A DNA stretch of 64,000 bases from an uncultured Chromatiales bacterium. GTDB lineage: Bacteria; Pseudomonadota; Gammaproteobacteria; Poriferisulfidales; Poriferisulfidaceae. A model generated the notes under the pieces. That model saw only the letters and a list, made by a program, of their open reading frames with translations, was not told the DNA's origin and made no database searches. Numbering within the stretch: position 1 is the stretch's first letter; every line of letters begins with the position of its first letter. Both the position numbers and the translations under genes were made by a program. This document shows, one piece after another, positions 29,840 to 39,137 of this stretch. The DNA lies in the NCBI GenBank assembly GCA_964602805.1, contig CAZRSJ010000004.1, positions 1,604 through 65,603 of the forward strand, written 5' to 3'.

Positions 29840-30859
29840 ATGAACTATGAAACACTGAGCGCAACCGCGCGCGCCATGGTGGCCCCCGGCAAGGGGATTT
29901 TGGCGATGGACGAAAGCCACCCGACCTGCAAGAAGCGTTTTGATGCTTTAGGCATTGAATTTACTGAAGAAAATCGCCGCACCTACCGCGACATGCTGGT
30001 TACGGCGGCGGGCCTGGGCGACCATGTCGGTGGCGCGATCCTGTTCGACGAGACCCTGCGCCAGAAGTTGCTGGACGACACGCCGTTCCCGGAGCACCTA
30101 AACTCGATCGGTATCGTGCCGGGCATCAAGGTGGATAAAGGCGCCAAGGACCTGGCGGGTCATTCGGGTGAGAAGGTGACGGAAGGTTTGGACGGCCTGC
30201 GCGATCGTCTGGCCGAGTATGTCGAATTGGGCGCCCGCTTCGCCAAGTGGCGGGCAGTCATCACCATCGGGGAGGGCCTGCCGAGCGAAGCCTGCCTTGA
30301 GGCCAATGCCCACGGGCTTGCCCGCTATGCGGCCCTGTGCCAGGAAGCGGACCTGGTGCCGATCGTCGAACCTGAAGTCCTGATGAATGGCGGGCACGAC
30401 ATTGACCGCAGTTACGAAGTGACCGTCCGTGCGCTGGAAGTCACCTTCGATCAACTGGCGCGTCAGGGCGTGTGGCTCGAAGGCATCGTGCTCAAGCCCA
30501 GCATGGTGATTTCCGGAGACCAGTGCGCGGAGCAGGCGGATGTCGAGACGGTGGCCGCCCGCACGGTGGAATGCCTGAAGAAGACGGTTCCCGCGGAAGT
30601 GCCTGGAATTGCATTCCTGTCCGGCGGGCAGAGTGACGAAGAGGCCAGCGCGCACCTGAATGCGATCAACCAGCATCCGGATCTTCCCTGGGCGGTGACT
30701 TTTTCCTATGGGCGTGCCCTGCAGCAGCAGGCGATGAAGTCCTGGAGCGGCGCCGAAGCGAACCGTGGAATCGGCCAGGCCGCGATCTCCAAGCGCGCCC
30801 GCCTGAACGGGGCGGCCGCACGCGGGGCCTACGACGTCGAGATGGAAAAAGCAGCCTGA
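29840..30859 (+). CDS. fba: fructose-bisphosphate aldolase, class I
   Basis: 339 aa with the class I (Schiff-base) aldolase fold, including GILAMDES and the LKP Schiff-base-lysine region (LEGIVLKPSMV). Confidence 0.85.
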   Translation: MNYETLSATARAMVAPGKGILAMDESHPTCKKRFDALGIEFTEENRRTYRDMLVTAAGLGDHVGGAILFDETLRQKLLDDTPFPEHLNSIGIVPGIKVDKGAKDLAGHSGEKVTEGLDGLRDRLAEYVELGARFAKWRAVITIGEGLPSEACLEANAHGLARYAALCQEADLVPIVEPEVLMNGGHDIDRSYEVTVRALEVTFDQLARQGVWLEGIVLKPSMVISGDQCAEQADVETVAARTVECLKKTVPAEVPGIAFLSGGQSDEEASAHLNAINQHPDLPWAVTFSYGRALQQQAMKSWSGAEANRGIGQAAISKRARLNGAAARGAYDVEMEKAA

Positions 30860-30865
30860 TTTGGC

Positions 30866-31918
30866 ATGGCGATCGTCCGGCTCCGCAACGCCGACCGCTC
30901 GTTTGAAATTCAGGGCAACGAAACCCTGCTAGAGGCGGCCATCCGCGAGGGTGTCGGCCTTCCGTACGGATGCAGTGCCGGGAATTGCGGGCTGTGCCGC
31001 GCCCGGCTAATAGACGGGGAACTCAAGCCCGTTCGTCACCACGATTTCGTATTTACCCAAGCCGAGCGGGCACACGGCGATTTCCTGATGTGCAGCAACC
31101 GCGCGCAGAGCGACCTCACGCTCGAGGTTGTGCTCGAAAAAGACCCAACGTCTATTCCCTGGCAAACCCTGCAGGCGAAAGTGAAGGTTGCCGAAAAGCT
31201 CGGTGAACGCTTGCTGTGGCTGAAGCTACGCGTACCCCGCTCGCAACGGCTTCGCTTCATGGCAGGCCAGTATGCGACCCTGACGCTGGAGAACGGCGCG
31301 GCGAGTGACAGCGCGATTGCCAGTTGCCCCTGCGACGAACGGCACGTCGACTTCCACATCCGGCGTCTGCCGGACGACGATTTTTCCGACAGCGCGTTCG
31401 AGTCCCTGCGCCCGGGGCAGACCGTGACGGTCGAAGCACCCGGGGGCCGATTTGCGTTCGACGACGATTCCACCCGCCCGGCCCTGTTCGTGGCGTTCGA
31501 CACCGGGTTCGCAGCCATCAAGAGCATGCTCGAACACCTCACCGCGCGCGAATCCGAACAACCCCTGCATCTGTACCGAATCTGTTGTGGAACGGAAGAC
31601 TTGTACATGCACAATCTGTGCCGTTCTTGGGCGGATGCGCTCGACGAACTAAGCTATACGCCTCTGGTGATCGAGGAGTCGTTCAGCGAGTGGGCAAAAG
31701 ATGAGTTGTCCGGCATGGAAAAAGTTGAAACCATGCTGAAGCGTGTCGTGGACGATCACCCAGACCTTTCGGGGATGGATTTGTATGTTTGCGCGCCGGA
31801 GCCGGTGGTGGAACGCTTTGATGCCTTGGCCACGCAGCACCAGTTGGTGCGGGAGCAGTTTCACGCCGAAATCATCCGTGGCAACTCGTATACCCGTTGC
31901 CTGGGAGCGACGGCGTGA
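30866..31918 (+). CDS. 2Fe-2S ferredoxin / FAD / NAD(P)-binding oxidoreductase (MmoC/benzoate-dioxygenase-reductase-like)
   Basis: N-terminal plant-type 2Fe-2S motif (CSAGNCGLC...C), then an FNR-like FAD domain (RLRFMAGQYATL) and a NAD domain (VAFDTGFAAIKSM). There is no partner oxygenase within the window. Confidence 0.7.
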   Translation: MAIVRLRNADRSFEIQGNETLLEAAIREGVGLPYGCSAGNCGLCRARLIDGELKPVRHHDFVFTQAERAHGDFLMCSNRAQSDLTLEVVLEKDPTSIPWQTLQAKVKVAEKLGERLLWLKLRVPRSQRLRFMAGQYATLTLENGAASDSAIASCPCDERHVDFHIRRLPDDDFSDSAFESLRPGQTVTVEAPGGRFAFDDDSTRPALFVAFDTGFAAIKSMLEHLTARESEQPLHLYRICCGTEDLYMHNLCRSWADALDELSYTPLVIEESFSEWAKDELSGMEKVETMLKRVVDDHPDLSGMDLYVCAPEPVVERFDALATQHQLVREQFHAEIIRGNSYTRCLGATA

Positions 31919-32330
31919 ATACGCACTGCCCATTTGAACGCCTGATCGTCGCCGGGACGCATGCCTGCACTCGGGCCATTTCGGTAACGCGCCGGGATGG
32001 CGCTGGCATTGACTGCAATGACGCAGATTCCTGCAACCGTTGCCAGGGATTGCAGGAATTCTTTGAACAGGTTGGCGCCGAAGCCTTCGGTGAGGTCGAA
32101 GATCGCACCCAGGTACCGCACAGCACGTTGCTGAAGATACAGATTGGTGGATTGGCGGGGACGGTGCAATGCCTGGGTCTGTCCGTGGGCGAGAAGATCG
32201 AAGATCTGGATCAGGTGGCAGGGCAAGTAGGCGGGAACCTTGAAGAACTGGATCATGAAATCCTGGCCGAAGCAATGCGCGGTGCACGTGCCCGACGGCG
32301 GCGACACTAATTCCGGGTGAAGGAGGGGTT

Positions 32331-32705
32331 ATGAATAAGCGCTGTTACAGTCAGGATCACCTTTGGCTGGAGCCTGATAGGTCCGGTGGGGCTGCCGTGG
32401 GCGTGACCCGCTACGCGCAGGAGGAATTGGGCGACATCCTGTTCGTGGAACTGCCCGAACCCGGCACCGAACTGGTGCAGGGTCAGAGCTTCGGGGTCAT
32501 CGAATCCGTGAAGACCGCATCCGAATTAATTGCGCCGGCCACAGGCCGAGTCGCGGAAGTCAACGAGGTTTTGCGTGAAGAACCGTGGCAAGTCAACGAT
32601 TCGCCGGAGGGAGACGGTTGGATACTGAAGATGGATTGTGCTGAATCTGAGCCCTGTGCACCCCTGATGGATGCGGATGCCTACGAAGAACTGACCGGCG
32701 GGTAA
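32331..32705 (+). CDS. gcvH: glycine-cleavage H-protein-like lipoyl carrier
   Basis: 124 aa with the lipoyl-lysine motif (VIESVKTASEL). Stand-alone: no gcvT or gcvP nearby. Confidence 0.8.
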   Translation: MNKRCYSQDHLWLEPDRSGGAAVGVTRYAQEELGDILFVELPEPGTELVQGQSFGVIESVKTASELIAPATGRVAEVNEVLREEPWQVNDSPEGDGWILKMDCAESEPCAPLMDADAYEELTGG

Positions 32706-32714
32706 CCCTGAGAG

Positions 32715-33065
32715 TCAGACGTAATGACGGCGGTAGGAGCGACGGGTTCCGGCGCGTTGGGTGATGACGCCGATGATGTCGGAAGGATCGCTGATTTCGA
32801 GCGAAGGATAACCGGTGTTGATCGGTCGCAGCCAATGCCGTTCGTCCTCGACCCAGTACTGCCGGAAGATCGGTTCTCCGTTCACCCGCGCGACCACGTA
32901 GGAGCCGGACTGCGCATGTCCGGCCGGGTCGACGATGACAATGCAACCATCCGCGAATTCCGGTTCCATGCTGTCGCCGAGCACGCGCAAGGCATAGGGC
33001 TCGTGAGCCGCGCAACCGGCATCGTCCAGCACGGGATTTTGGATTTGTGGGTCGGAAGATGTCAT
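32715..33065 (-). CDS. S24-family peptidase domain protein (UmuD/LexA C-terminal-domain-like), no HTH
   Basis: 116 aa with LRVLGDSMEP (the S24 Ser nucleophile motif) and CIVIVDP. The region aligning to the catalytic Lys of UmuD/LexA reads IFRQYW, so the Lys may be replaced. No umuC partner is present. Confidence 0.65.
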   Translation of the reverse strand: MTSSDPQIQNPVLDDAGCAAHEPYALRVLGDSMEPEFADGCIVIVDPAGHAQSGSYVVARVNGEPIFRQYWVEDERHWLRPINTGYPSLEISDPSDIIGVITQRAGTRRSYRRHYV

Positions 33066-33162
33066 GGAGGAGAATTTTAGCGGAAAGTCATATGCGCTCG
33101 TCGAACTTAAACGCTGTTAACAGACGCACCCGGTACAATGCGCTTACTTTTCAAAATTTGCC

Positions 33163-34503
33163 ATGCCTGATTCCTGCCTGATAGTCAATGCGACCGCGGT
33201 CAACGAAGGGCGCGTATTCGAGACGGATCTGCTTGTCCGGGGTTCGCGGATCGAGAAGATCGGGCCGGATTTGTCCAGCGAGTCTGCCGATCAAGTTCTG
33301 GATGCGACGGGGCTTTACCTGCTGCCTGGAATGATCGACGGCCAGGTCCATTTCCGGGAGCCGGGCCAGCCAGAGAAAGGAACCTTCCAGTCCGAATCCC
33401 GCGCCGCGGTGACGGGCGGCACGACCACGGTCATGGACATGCCGAACAACCAGCCGCCGGTCGTGACCCTTGAGCGGTTGGACGAGAAATTGGCGCGGGC
33501 GGACGGCGCGATGCATACGAACTATGCATTTTATTTCGGCGCGACCAACCACAATGCCGACGAGGTTCGAAAGTTGGACCCGCGGAAAGCGTGCGGACTC
33601 AAAATATTCATGGGTGCGTCGACCGGAAACATGCTGGTGGACGACCCCAAGGCACTGGAACAACACTTTGCTGGCTGCCCTACCCTGATCGCAACGCACT
33701 GCGAAGATACGCCGATGATCGAGGCGGCGTTGGCCGAACATGTCCGGCAGTACGGTGAGCAAATCCCGATGCACTGCCATGTGGAAATTCGCAGTCGGGA
33801 GGCATGCTTGGCCTCTTCGTCTATGGCGGTGGGCTTGGCGAAGCGATTCGGCTCAAGGCTGCATGTGCTGCACCTGACCACGGCCGACGAATTGCCACAG
33901 TTCGAAACCGGGCCGATCGAAGGCAAACGGATTACCGCCGAGGCATGTGTGCATCACCTGGTTTTCACTGACGCCGACTATGCGCAGTACGGCGGCCGCA
34001 TCAAGTGCAATCCCTCGATCAAGAAGCAATCGGATCGGGATGCGTTGCGTCAGGCGGTGCACGAAGACCGGATCGATGTCATTGCGACCGATCACGCGCC
34101 ACATCTTCTGTCAGAGAAGGAAGGACCGTACCAGGAAGTCGCGGCAGGGTTGCCGATCACACAGCACGCGTTGCCGATGCTTCTGGAACTGGTTCACCAG
34201 GGCGTCTTCAGCCTGCCGCAGGTCGTACATAAGGCGGCGCATGCCCCGGCACTGTGCTACGCGGTCCGTGATCGTGGATTCCTGCGCGAAGGCTACTACG
34301 CGGATTTGGTTTTGGCGGATTTGTCGGCGACGAGGCAGGTGGAGCCGGAAGAAGTTCTTCACCAATGTGGTTGGTCAGCATTCGAGGGGCAGATGTTGCA
34401 TGCCCGGATCGACACGACGATGGTGTCGGGCCGGATCGTGCACCGGGATGGGCAGGAAATGCCGCCCGCAGCCGGAATGCAGATCGATTTCGACCGCGAG
34501 TGA
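33163..34503 (+). CDS. pyrC: dihydroorotase (cyclic amidohydrolase family)
   Basis: 446 aa with the metal-binding motifs of class I DHOase/allantoinase-like amidohydrolases (IDGQVHFREPG, ATDHAPH). Confidence 0.75.
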   Translation: MPDSCLIVNATAVNEGRVFETDLLVRGSRIEKIGPDLSSESADQVLDATGLYLLPGMIDGQVHFREPGQPEKGTFQSESRAAVTGGTTTVMDMPNNQPPVVTLERLDEKLARADGAMHTNYAFYFGATNHNADEVRKLDPRKACGLKIFMGASTGNMLVDDPKALEQHFAGCPTLIATHCEDTPMIEAALAEHVRQYGEQIPMHCHVEIRSREACLASSSMAVGLAKRFGSRLHVLHLTTADELPQFETGPIEGKRITAEACVHHLVFTDADYAQYGGRIKCNPSIKKQSDRDALRQAVHEDRIDVIATDHAPHLLSEKEGPYQEVAAGLPITQHALPMLLELVHQGVFSLPQVVHKAAHAPALCYAVRDRGFLREGYYADLVLADLSATRQVEPEEVLHQCGWSAFEGQMLHARIDTTMVSGRIVHRDGQEMPPAAGMQIDFDRE

Positions 34504-34521
34504 TTCCCGGTTCGGCCGTTA

Positions 34522-35001
34522 TTAGTCCTCGTCGGAACCCGCCTGAAGCAACCCGTACTGCTCGACTCCGATCTGGTCGATCAATTGCAATTGCGTCTCG
34601 ATGAAGGCGATGTGCATTTCCTCGTCCGCGATCAGGTCTTCGAACAGGTGCATGGAAGCATAGTCGCTCACTTCCTGGCAGACATCACGGCCTTCCCGGT
34701 ACAGAGCATGCGCCTCTTGTTCGGCGGCGAGGTCGCATTCCAGGACCTCCCGGATGTTCTCGCCAATGCGCAGCGGGTCCAGGGTTTGCAGGTTGGGATG
34801 TCCTTCCAGGAAGATGATTCGCTCCACGAACCGGTCCGCATGGCGCATTTCTCCAATGGACTCTTCTCGCGATTTTTGGGCGAGCTTGCCGTAGCCCCAG
34901 TCTTCCAGCAACCGGTAATGCAGCCAGTATTGATTGACGGACCGCAATTCACTGGCGAGGCTGCGGTTCAGGTAGTCGATGACTTTCTCGTTTCCTTTCA
35001 T
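34522..35001 (-). CDS. bfr: bacterioferritin
   Basis: 159 aa. Starts [12 protein letters not shown], has ferroxidase-centre Glu/His residues and the haem-binding Met region. Typical Bfr length. Confidence 0.9.
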   Translation of the reverse strand: MKGNEKVIDYLNRSLASELRSVNQYWLHYRLLEDWGYGKLAQKSREESIGEMRHADRFVERIIFLEGHPNLQTLDPLRIGENIREVLECDLAAEQEAHALYREGRDVCQEVSDYASMHLFEDLIADEEMHIAFIETQLQLIDQIGVEQYGLLQAGSDED

Positions 35002-35029
35002 GATGGCGGTCTCCTGCTTTCTCCGTAAA

Positions 35030-35215
35030 TCAGGCGTCAGTATGCGCCTGCTTGATGATCTGGTTGATTAGCGGCCGACAGTTGCCGCATCGCGCGCGTT
35101 TTCCCATCTGACGGTAGACAGAACGGAAATTCACGGGTTGTCCTGCTTTGACGGTGGCTTTCACCGCTGCGCGCAGTTCTCGCTCACTGACTTGAACGCA
35201 GGAACAGACGATCAT
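35030..35215 (-). CDS. bfd: bacterioferritin-associated ferredoxin (2Fe-2S)
   Basis: About 61 aa with the C-x-C...C-x2-C pattern (VCSCVQVS...CGNC) typical of Bfd. Immediately upstream of bfr. Start at the internal Met. Confidence 0.75.
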   Translation of the reverse strand: MIVCSCVQVSERELRAAVKATVKAGQPVNFRSVYRQMGKRARCGNCRPLINQIIKQAHTDA

Positions 35216-35303
35216 GCGCACGACCCACAAGTCTGCGGGCTAGATGAAATATCGTAGGTGAGGCGTTTCGGATGATTGGCGAGAAGCGATGAAATCGCAT
35301 CGA

Positions 35304-35630
35304 TCACGTCAATTTCATGTTTTCGATCGCGCCCTGATCAAAGTCCACTTCGACGACCAGGTCGGATTTCAACTGGGACTGGCAAGCCAGGATATAGCCT
35401 TCCTTGAGCATGTCACCGTCCAGCACGTAGGCGAAATCGTTCAGTGCCTTGACCTTGCCCTCCTTGAGGATGCATCGGCAGGTTCCGCAACTTCCCACCT
35501 TGCAGTCGCAAGGCCACTTGATGCCGGCGTTCAGGGCAGCCTGCAGCAAGTTGATCTTGCCGGGCACCTCGAAAGTCTCGCCAGTGTTGGCGATGGTGCA
35601 AGTGAAATCCTTTTTCTTTCCAAACAACAT
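35304..35630 (-). CDS. 2Fe-2S ferredoxin (plant/adrenodoxin-like Cys pattern)
   Basis: CDCKVGSCGTCRC...LACQ four-Cys ligand set. Confidence 0.8.
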   Translation of the reverse strand: MLFGKKKDFTCTIANTGETFEVPGKINLLQAALNAGIKWPCDCKVGSCGTCRCILKEGKVKALNDFAYVLDGDMLKEGYILACQSQLKSDLVVEVDFDQGAIENMKLT

Positions 35631-35693
35631 CCCGAAATCCTAGCTGGGTTGGCCAACCAGTATTCTACATCAGGGGATGCCCGGGAGCGGGAT

Positions 35694-36470
35694 TCAAGCC
35701 CGGTATGCGGTCTCGGGTGTCTGGGCAGCCTTGAGAAAGCGGCGGACGTAACGGGGTGCGATGTTGGCGCGATTGACCAGCACCAGCATGTCGGCCACGT
35801 TGAATTTTTTATCCCAGCAAGGTTTGCCGCAGATTTCCGCACCGAGATTCAGATAGGCTTTCAGCAGAGGCGGCAGGATTTCCCGAACCGAATCAGAAAG
35901 CTCAATGGCCGCATCCCCGGCAGGCTGATCCGGCTCAGGCAGAGGGGAACGGGGATGGACGTCCAAGTCCAGGTTGACCAGGCCGCGCTCCAGCGCGTTC
36001 TGGTAGATGGCGTGAGCCTGGCGGCCTCCGTCGGACATGTCCACGCTGGCACACCCGAACAGATATTCGTAGCCCCGGGACAGCATAAATTCCGCAAGAC
36101 CAAGCCATAGACAAGTAATGGCCCCGCCGTTGCGGTGATCGGGGTGCACGCAGGTGCGGCCGACTTCCAGCTTCTTCCCGGAGAGGCTGCGCAAGCGGCC
36201 CAGTTTGAATTCCGACTGCGTGTAGAACCCCCCGGCCTGCGGGACATCCTCGTCCGAAAGGACCCGGGTGCAGGCAACAAGGTCTCTAGTAACCGTGTCA
36301 GTTACGGTCAGGTGACGGCAGAATGGATCGTAAAGGTCCGAGTCGATCTGCTCTGCGGCACTTTCTAGGGATGCCCCCATTTCCAGTGCGAAAACCCGGT
36401 AACGAAGACGCTGACATTCGGTAATGACAGACATCTGAGTAGCGATTTCGAACTTGTATCTGCTTGCCAT
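35694..36470 (-). CDS. GNAT-family N-acyltransferase (OlsB/hemolysin-like, PF13444-type)
   Basis: N-terminus of the RY-F-IA-T-E----RLRY-VF-LE type and a central VHPD/HRNGG region, as in ornithine-lipid N-acyltransferase OlsB homologues. The ORF extends to 36497. Confidence 0.65.
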   Translation of the reverse strand: MASRYKFEIATQMSVITECQRLRYRVFALEMGASLESAAEQIDSDLYDPFCRHLTVTDTVTRDLVACTRVLSDEDVPQAGGFYTQSEFKLGRLRSLSGKKLEVGRTCVHPDHRNGGAITCLWLGLAEFMLSRGYEYLFGCASVDMSDGGRQAHAIYQNALERGLVNLDLDVHPRSPLPEPDQPAGDAAIELSDSVREILPPLLKAYLNLGAEICGKPCWDKKFNVADMLVLVNRANIAPRYVRRFLKAAQTPETAYRA

Positions 36471-36642
36471 GAATTGACGGTCAAGTGACTTTTGCAAGTA
36501 TATAGTATTTTCAATGTGTTACAGCCGAATGAAAGCCGAAACCCCTCGATGTGGCCTGACAGAATCGGGTGTGAGGGCTGTCTTGGGCCTGAGGCGGTAA
36601 AATGTCAGACCCGCCAGCCCCTGTTGGGGCAAACGCCCATTT

Positions 36643-37947
36643 ATGGCCAAAAAACTGTTTAACCGCCTGTCCGATGCCGTAAAAAAGCGCACTAACGGCA
36701 ATCCCCGGGTCGTGGAGGCTGACGAGCACGGCATCAATCCTTCGGAAGTTTCCAGGTCCGCCCGGCGCGTGGTGGAAGTCCTGGTGGAGGGAGGCTACGA
36801 GGCCTATATCGTCGGGGGCGGCGTGCGCGACCTGATGCTGGGCCTGCACCCGAAAGACTTCGACATCGCCACGGACGCCCGCCCCGAACAGGTGAAGAAC
36901 CTGTTTGATCGCTGCCGCATCGTCGGCCGGCGATTCCGGCTTGCGCACGTGTATGTGGGTCGGGACCTGATCGAAGTCGCGACGTTCCGGGGCGGGCACC
37001 GTTCGCGCTCCGGGCGCGCCCATGTCTCGGTGACCTTGGGAGGGCGAATCCTGCGCGACAACGCGTACGGGACGATTGATCGCGATGCGCTGCGACGGGA
37101 TTTCACGGCCAATTCCCTGTTCTACGACCCGATCCGGAACACCGTGCTGGACTTCGTCGGTGGCGTGGAGGATCTGAAGCAGCGCCGCCTGTGCATGATC
37201 GGCAAGCCCGCAGTGCGTTTCCGCGAGGACCCGGTACGGTTGCTGCGCGCGGTGCGTTTTGCGGCCAAGCTCAACTTCCGGATGGATCCGGCCATGGAGC
37301 AATTGATCCCCGAACTAGCGGATCTGCTTGATGCTATTTCACCGGCCCGGCTGTTCGACGAAGGCATTAAGCTCCTGCATAGCGGCGCGGCCGAGCGCAC
37401 GTTTGAGCTATTGCACGAGAAAGGATTGCTGCATCAGTTGTTCCCGCGCACGGAGGCGGCTTTGGAGCGGGACCACCCGGAAGACTTGGAGTTCATCCGC
37501 TTGGCGTTGGCGAACACAGACGAACGGGTGCGTTCGGGCATGCCGGTCTCCCCGGCTTTCGCCTACGCAGTATTGATGTGGCCGTATGTGCGCCAACTGC
37601 TGGATGAACTGGAACCGGGGGAATTCAGCCCTCGCGATGCGTTGGCGATTTGCGCCGACCGGGCCTTGGAGCATCAGGCGCGGACCATCAGCATCCCGTT
37701 TCGCCATGCCCAGATGATCCGAGAAATCTGGATTCGCCAGCCGCAGTTGGAAGCAGGCCCGCGCAGTCACCCCGAACGGGTGATGTCGCGCAGCGCATTC
37801 CGTGCGACGTATGATTTCCTCGGGTTGCGCGCGCTGAGGGACGAGCGGTTACAGGGGGCTTACCAGGCCTGGACACGAGCCCAGGAAAAATACGAGGTAG
37901 GGCCCCGCGACGCCCCCCGCCGCCGTCGCCGCCGTCGGCGGAGGTGA
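36643..37947 (+). CDS. pcnB: poly(A) polymerase I
   Basis: Nucleotidyltransferase head (GGGVRDLMLG, DFDIAT) and the Arg-rich C-terminus typical of PcnB. Confidence 0.9.
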   Translation: MAKKLFNRLSDAVKKRTNGNPRVVEADEHGINPSEVSRSARRVVEVLVEGGYEAYIVGGGVRDLMLGLHPKDFDIATDARPEQVKNLFDRCRIVGRRFRLAHVYVGRDLIEVATFRGGHRSRSGRAHVSVTLGGRILRDNAYGTIDRDALRRDFTANSLFYDPIRNTVLDFVGGVEDLKQRRLCMIGKPAVRFREDPVRLLRAVRFAAKLNFRMDPAMEQLIPELADLLDAISPARLFDEGIKLLHSGAAERTFELLHEKGLLHQLFPRTEAALERDHPEDLEFIRLALANTDERVRSGMPVSPAFAYAVLMWPYVRQLLDELEPGEFSPRDALAICADRALEHQARTISIPFRHAQMIREIWIRQPQLEAGPRSHPERVMSRSAFRATYDFLGLRALRDERLQGAYQAWTRAQEKYEVGPRDAPRRRRRRRRR

Positions 37948-39137
37948 CCGTGCCTCAAGGAGACATCTACATCGGGCTCGGCAGCAATCTGGACGGACCG
38001 ACCGAGCAAGTCCGCTCCGCAGTGCGCGAACTGGGGCAACTGGCCCAGGTTCGCCTGTGCGCCTCTTCGGGCCTGTACCGAAGTCCGCCAATGGGTGGGC
38101 TGGACCAGCCGGACTATATCAATGCGGTCGTGCAGGTCGAAACCGACCTGGAGCCCGAGCAGCTGCTTCACGAACTGCAAGTGATCGAGCGTCAACACGG
38201 GCGAAAGGAACAACGCGAGCGCTGGGCATCGCGGACATTGGACTTGGACCTGCTCTTGTGGGGGCAGGAATGTTTTGACAGCAAGGTCCTGACGTTGCCG
38301 CATCCGGGCCTACATGAGCGGGCGTTCGTACTGGCTCCGCTGCAGGAACTGGACGCGAATCTGGAGGTGCCCGGGCGGGGCACGGTGTCGAAGTTGCTGC
38401 GGGAGTGCCAGTATTCCCGGGTGGACCGGGTGGGGGCCTGCCAAAGCCTGCCCGACTCGGCACGCCTGATCGCGGTGGAAGGGCCAATAGGTGTCGGCAA
38501 GACCACGCTGTGCAACCGTCTCGCAGCTGATTTCAACGGCCGGTTGATGCTGGAGAACTACCAGGAAAACCCTTTCCTCAAAGATTTTTTCGAAGCCCCT
38601 GAAAAAACGGCTCTGGCAACCCAGTTGCATTTCCTGACCAGCCGGGCCTGCCAGTTACAGCAATTGAACCAAGTGGATCTGTTCCAGCAGCGCACCTTCT
38701 CGGATTACGTGTTCGAAAAAAGCGACTGGTTTTCCCGGCTATCGCTTCAGGGCGACGAATATGACCTGTGGCTCAGCCTGTTCACTCATATGTCCGCCGG
38801 GCTTCCACGTCCGGACTTGGTTATCTACCTGCAGGCACCGGTGTCGGTTTTGCTGGAGCGGATTGCGATGCGGGGGCGGTCATTCGAGCGCGCGGTGCGT
38901 CCGGAGTTCCTGGAGGCGCTGTCGGCATTGATGGCGGAACACTTTCGCCATTACTCCGGAACCGTACTGACGGTCGATACTTCTTGCGCCAATCTGGCGG
39001 AAAGCCTTCAGGACTACCAGAGCCTGCTGGTTGCACTGGATGGCATGACCCAACCCGGCCAGTATTTCCTGGACCCGAGCCAACCGGAGGGAATGCTGGG
39101 TGACATGATTCCAGCCGATTCGATGACGCAGGCATGA
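37944..39137 (+). CDS. folK: fusion protein: N-terminal HPPK domain (2-amino-4-hydroxy-6-hydroxymethyldihydropteridine pyrophosphokinase) plus C-terminal deoxynucleoside-kinase domain
   Basis: Residues about 8-165 match FolK (IGLGSNL, DQPDYINAVV, RWASRTLDLDLLLWG, PHPGLHERAFVL). Residues about 175-397 carry a dNK P-loop (IAVEGPIGVGKTTL), an ENPFL motif and the LID region. There is no stop between the two halves. GTG start overlapping the pcnB stop. Confidence 0.75.
   Translation: MTVPQGDIYIGLGSNLDGPTEQVRSAVRELGQLAQVRLCASSGLYRSPPMGGLDQPDYINAVVQVETDLEPEQLLHELQVIERQHGRKEQRERWASRTLDLDLLLWGQECFDSKVLTLPHPGLHERAFVLAPLQELDANLEVPGRGTVSKLLRECQYSRVDRVGACQSLPDSARLIAVEGPIGVGKTTLCNRLAADFNGRLMLENYQENPFLKDFFEAPEKTALATQLHFLTSRACQLQQLNQVDLFQQRTFSDYVFEKSDWFSRLSLQGDEYDLWLSLFTHMSAGLPRPDLVIYLQAPVSVLLERIAMRGRSFERAVRPEFLEALSALMAEHFRHYSGTVLTVDTSCANLAESLQDYQSLLVALDGMTQPGQYFLDPSQPEGMLGDMIPADSMTQA

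Noticed and set aside
31919-32330. A possible glycine riboswitch in the 412-bp region upstream of gcvH.
   Set aside because: I could not find the conserved tandem-aptamer elements (GGAGAG...ACCGAAGGGGCAA-type cores). In addition, this gcvH is solitary rather than part of a gcvTHP operon. I left it as an unexplained gap rather than calling an RNA element.
36511-37302. 263-aa minus-strand ORF upstream of the OlsB-like gene, as a possible olsA partner.
   Set aside because: It is antisense to pcnB, which has clear nucleotidyltransferase motifs. Its sequence has no acyltransferase HX4D motif and has artefactual composition.
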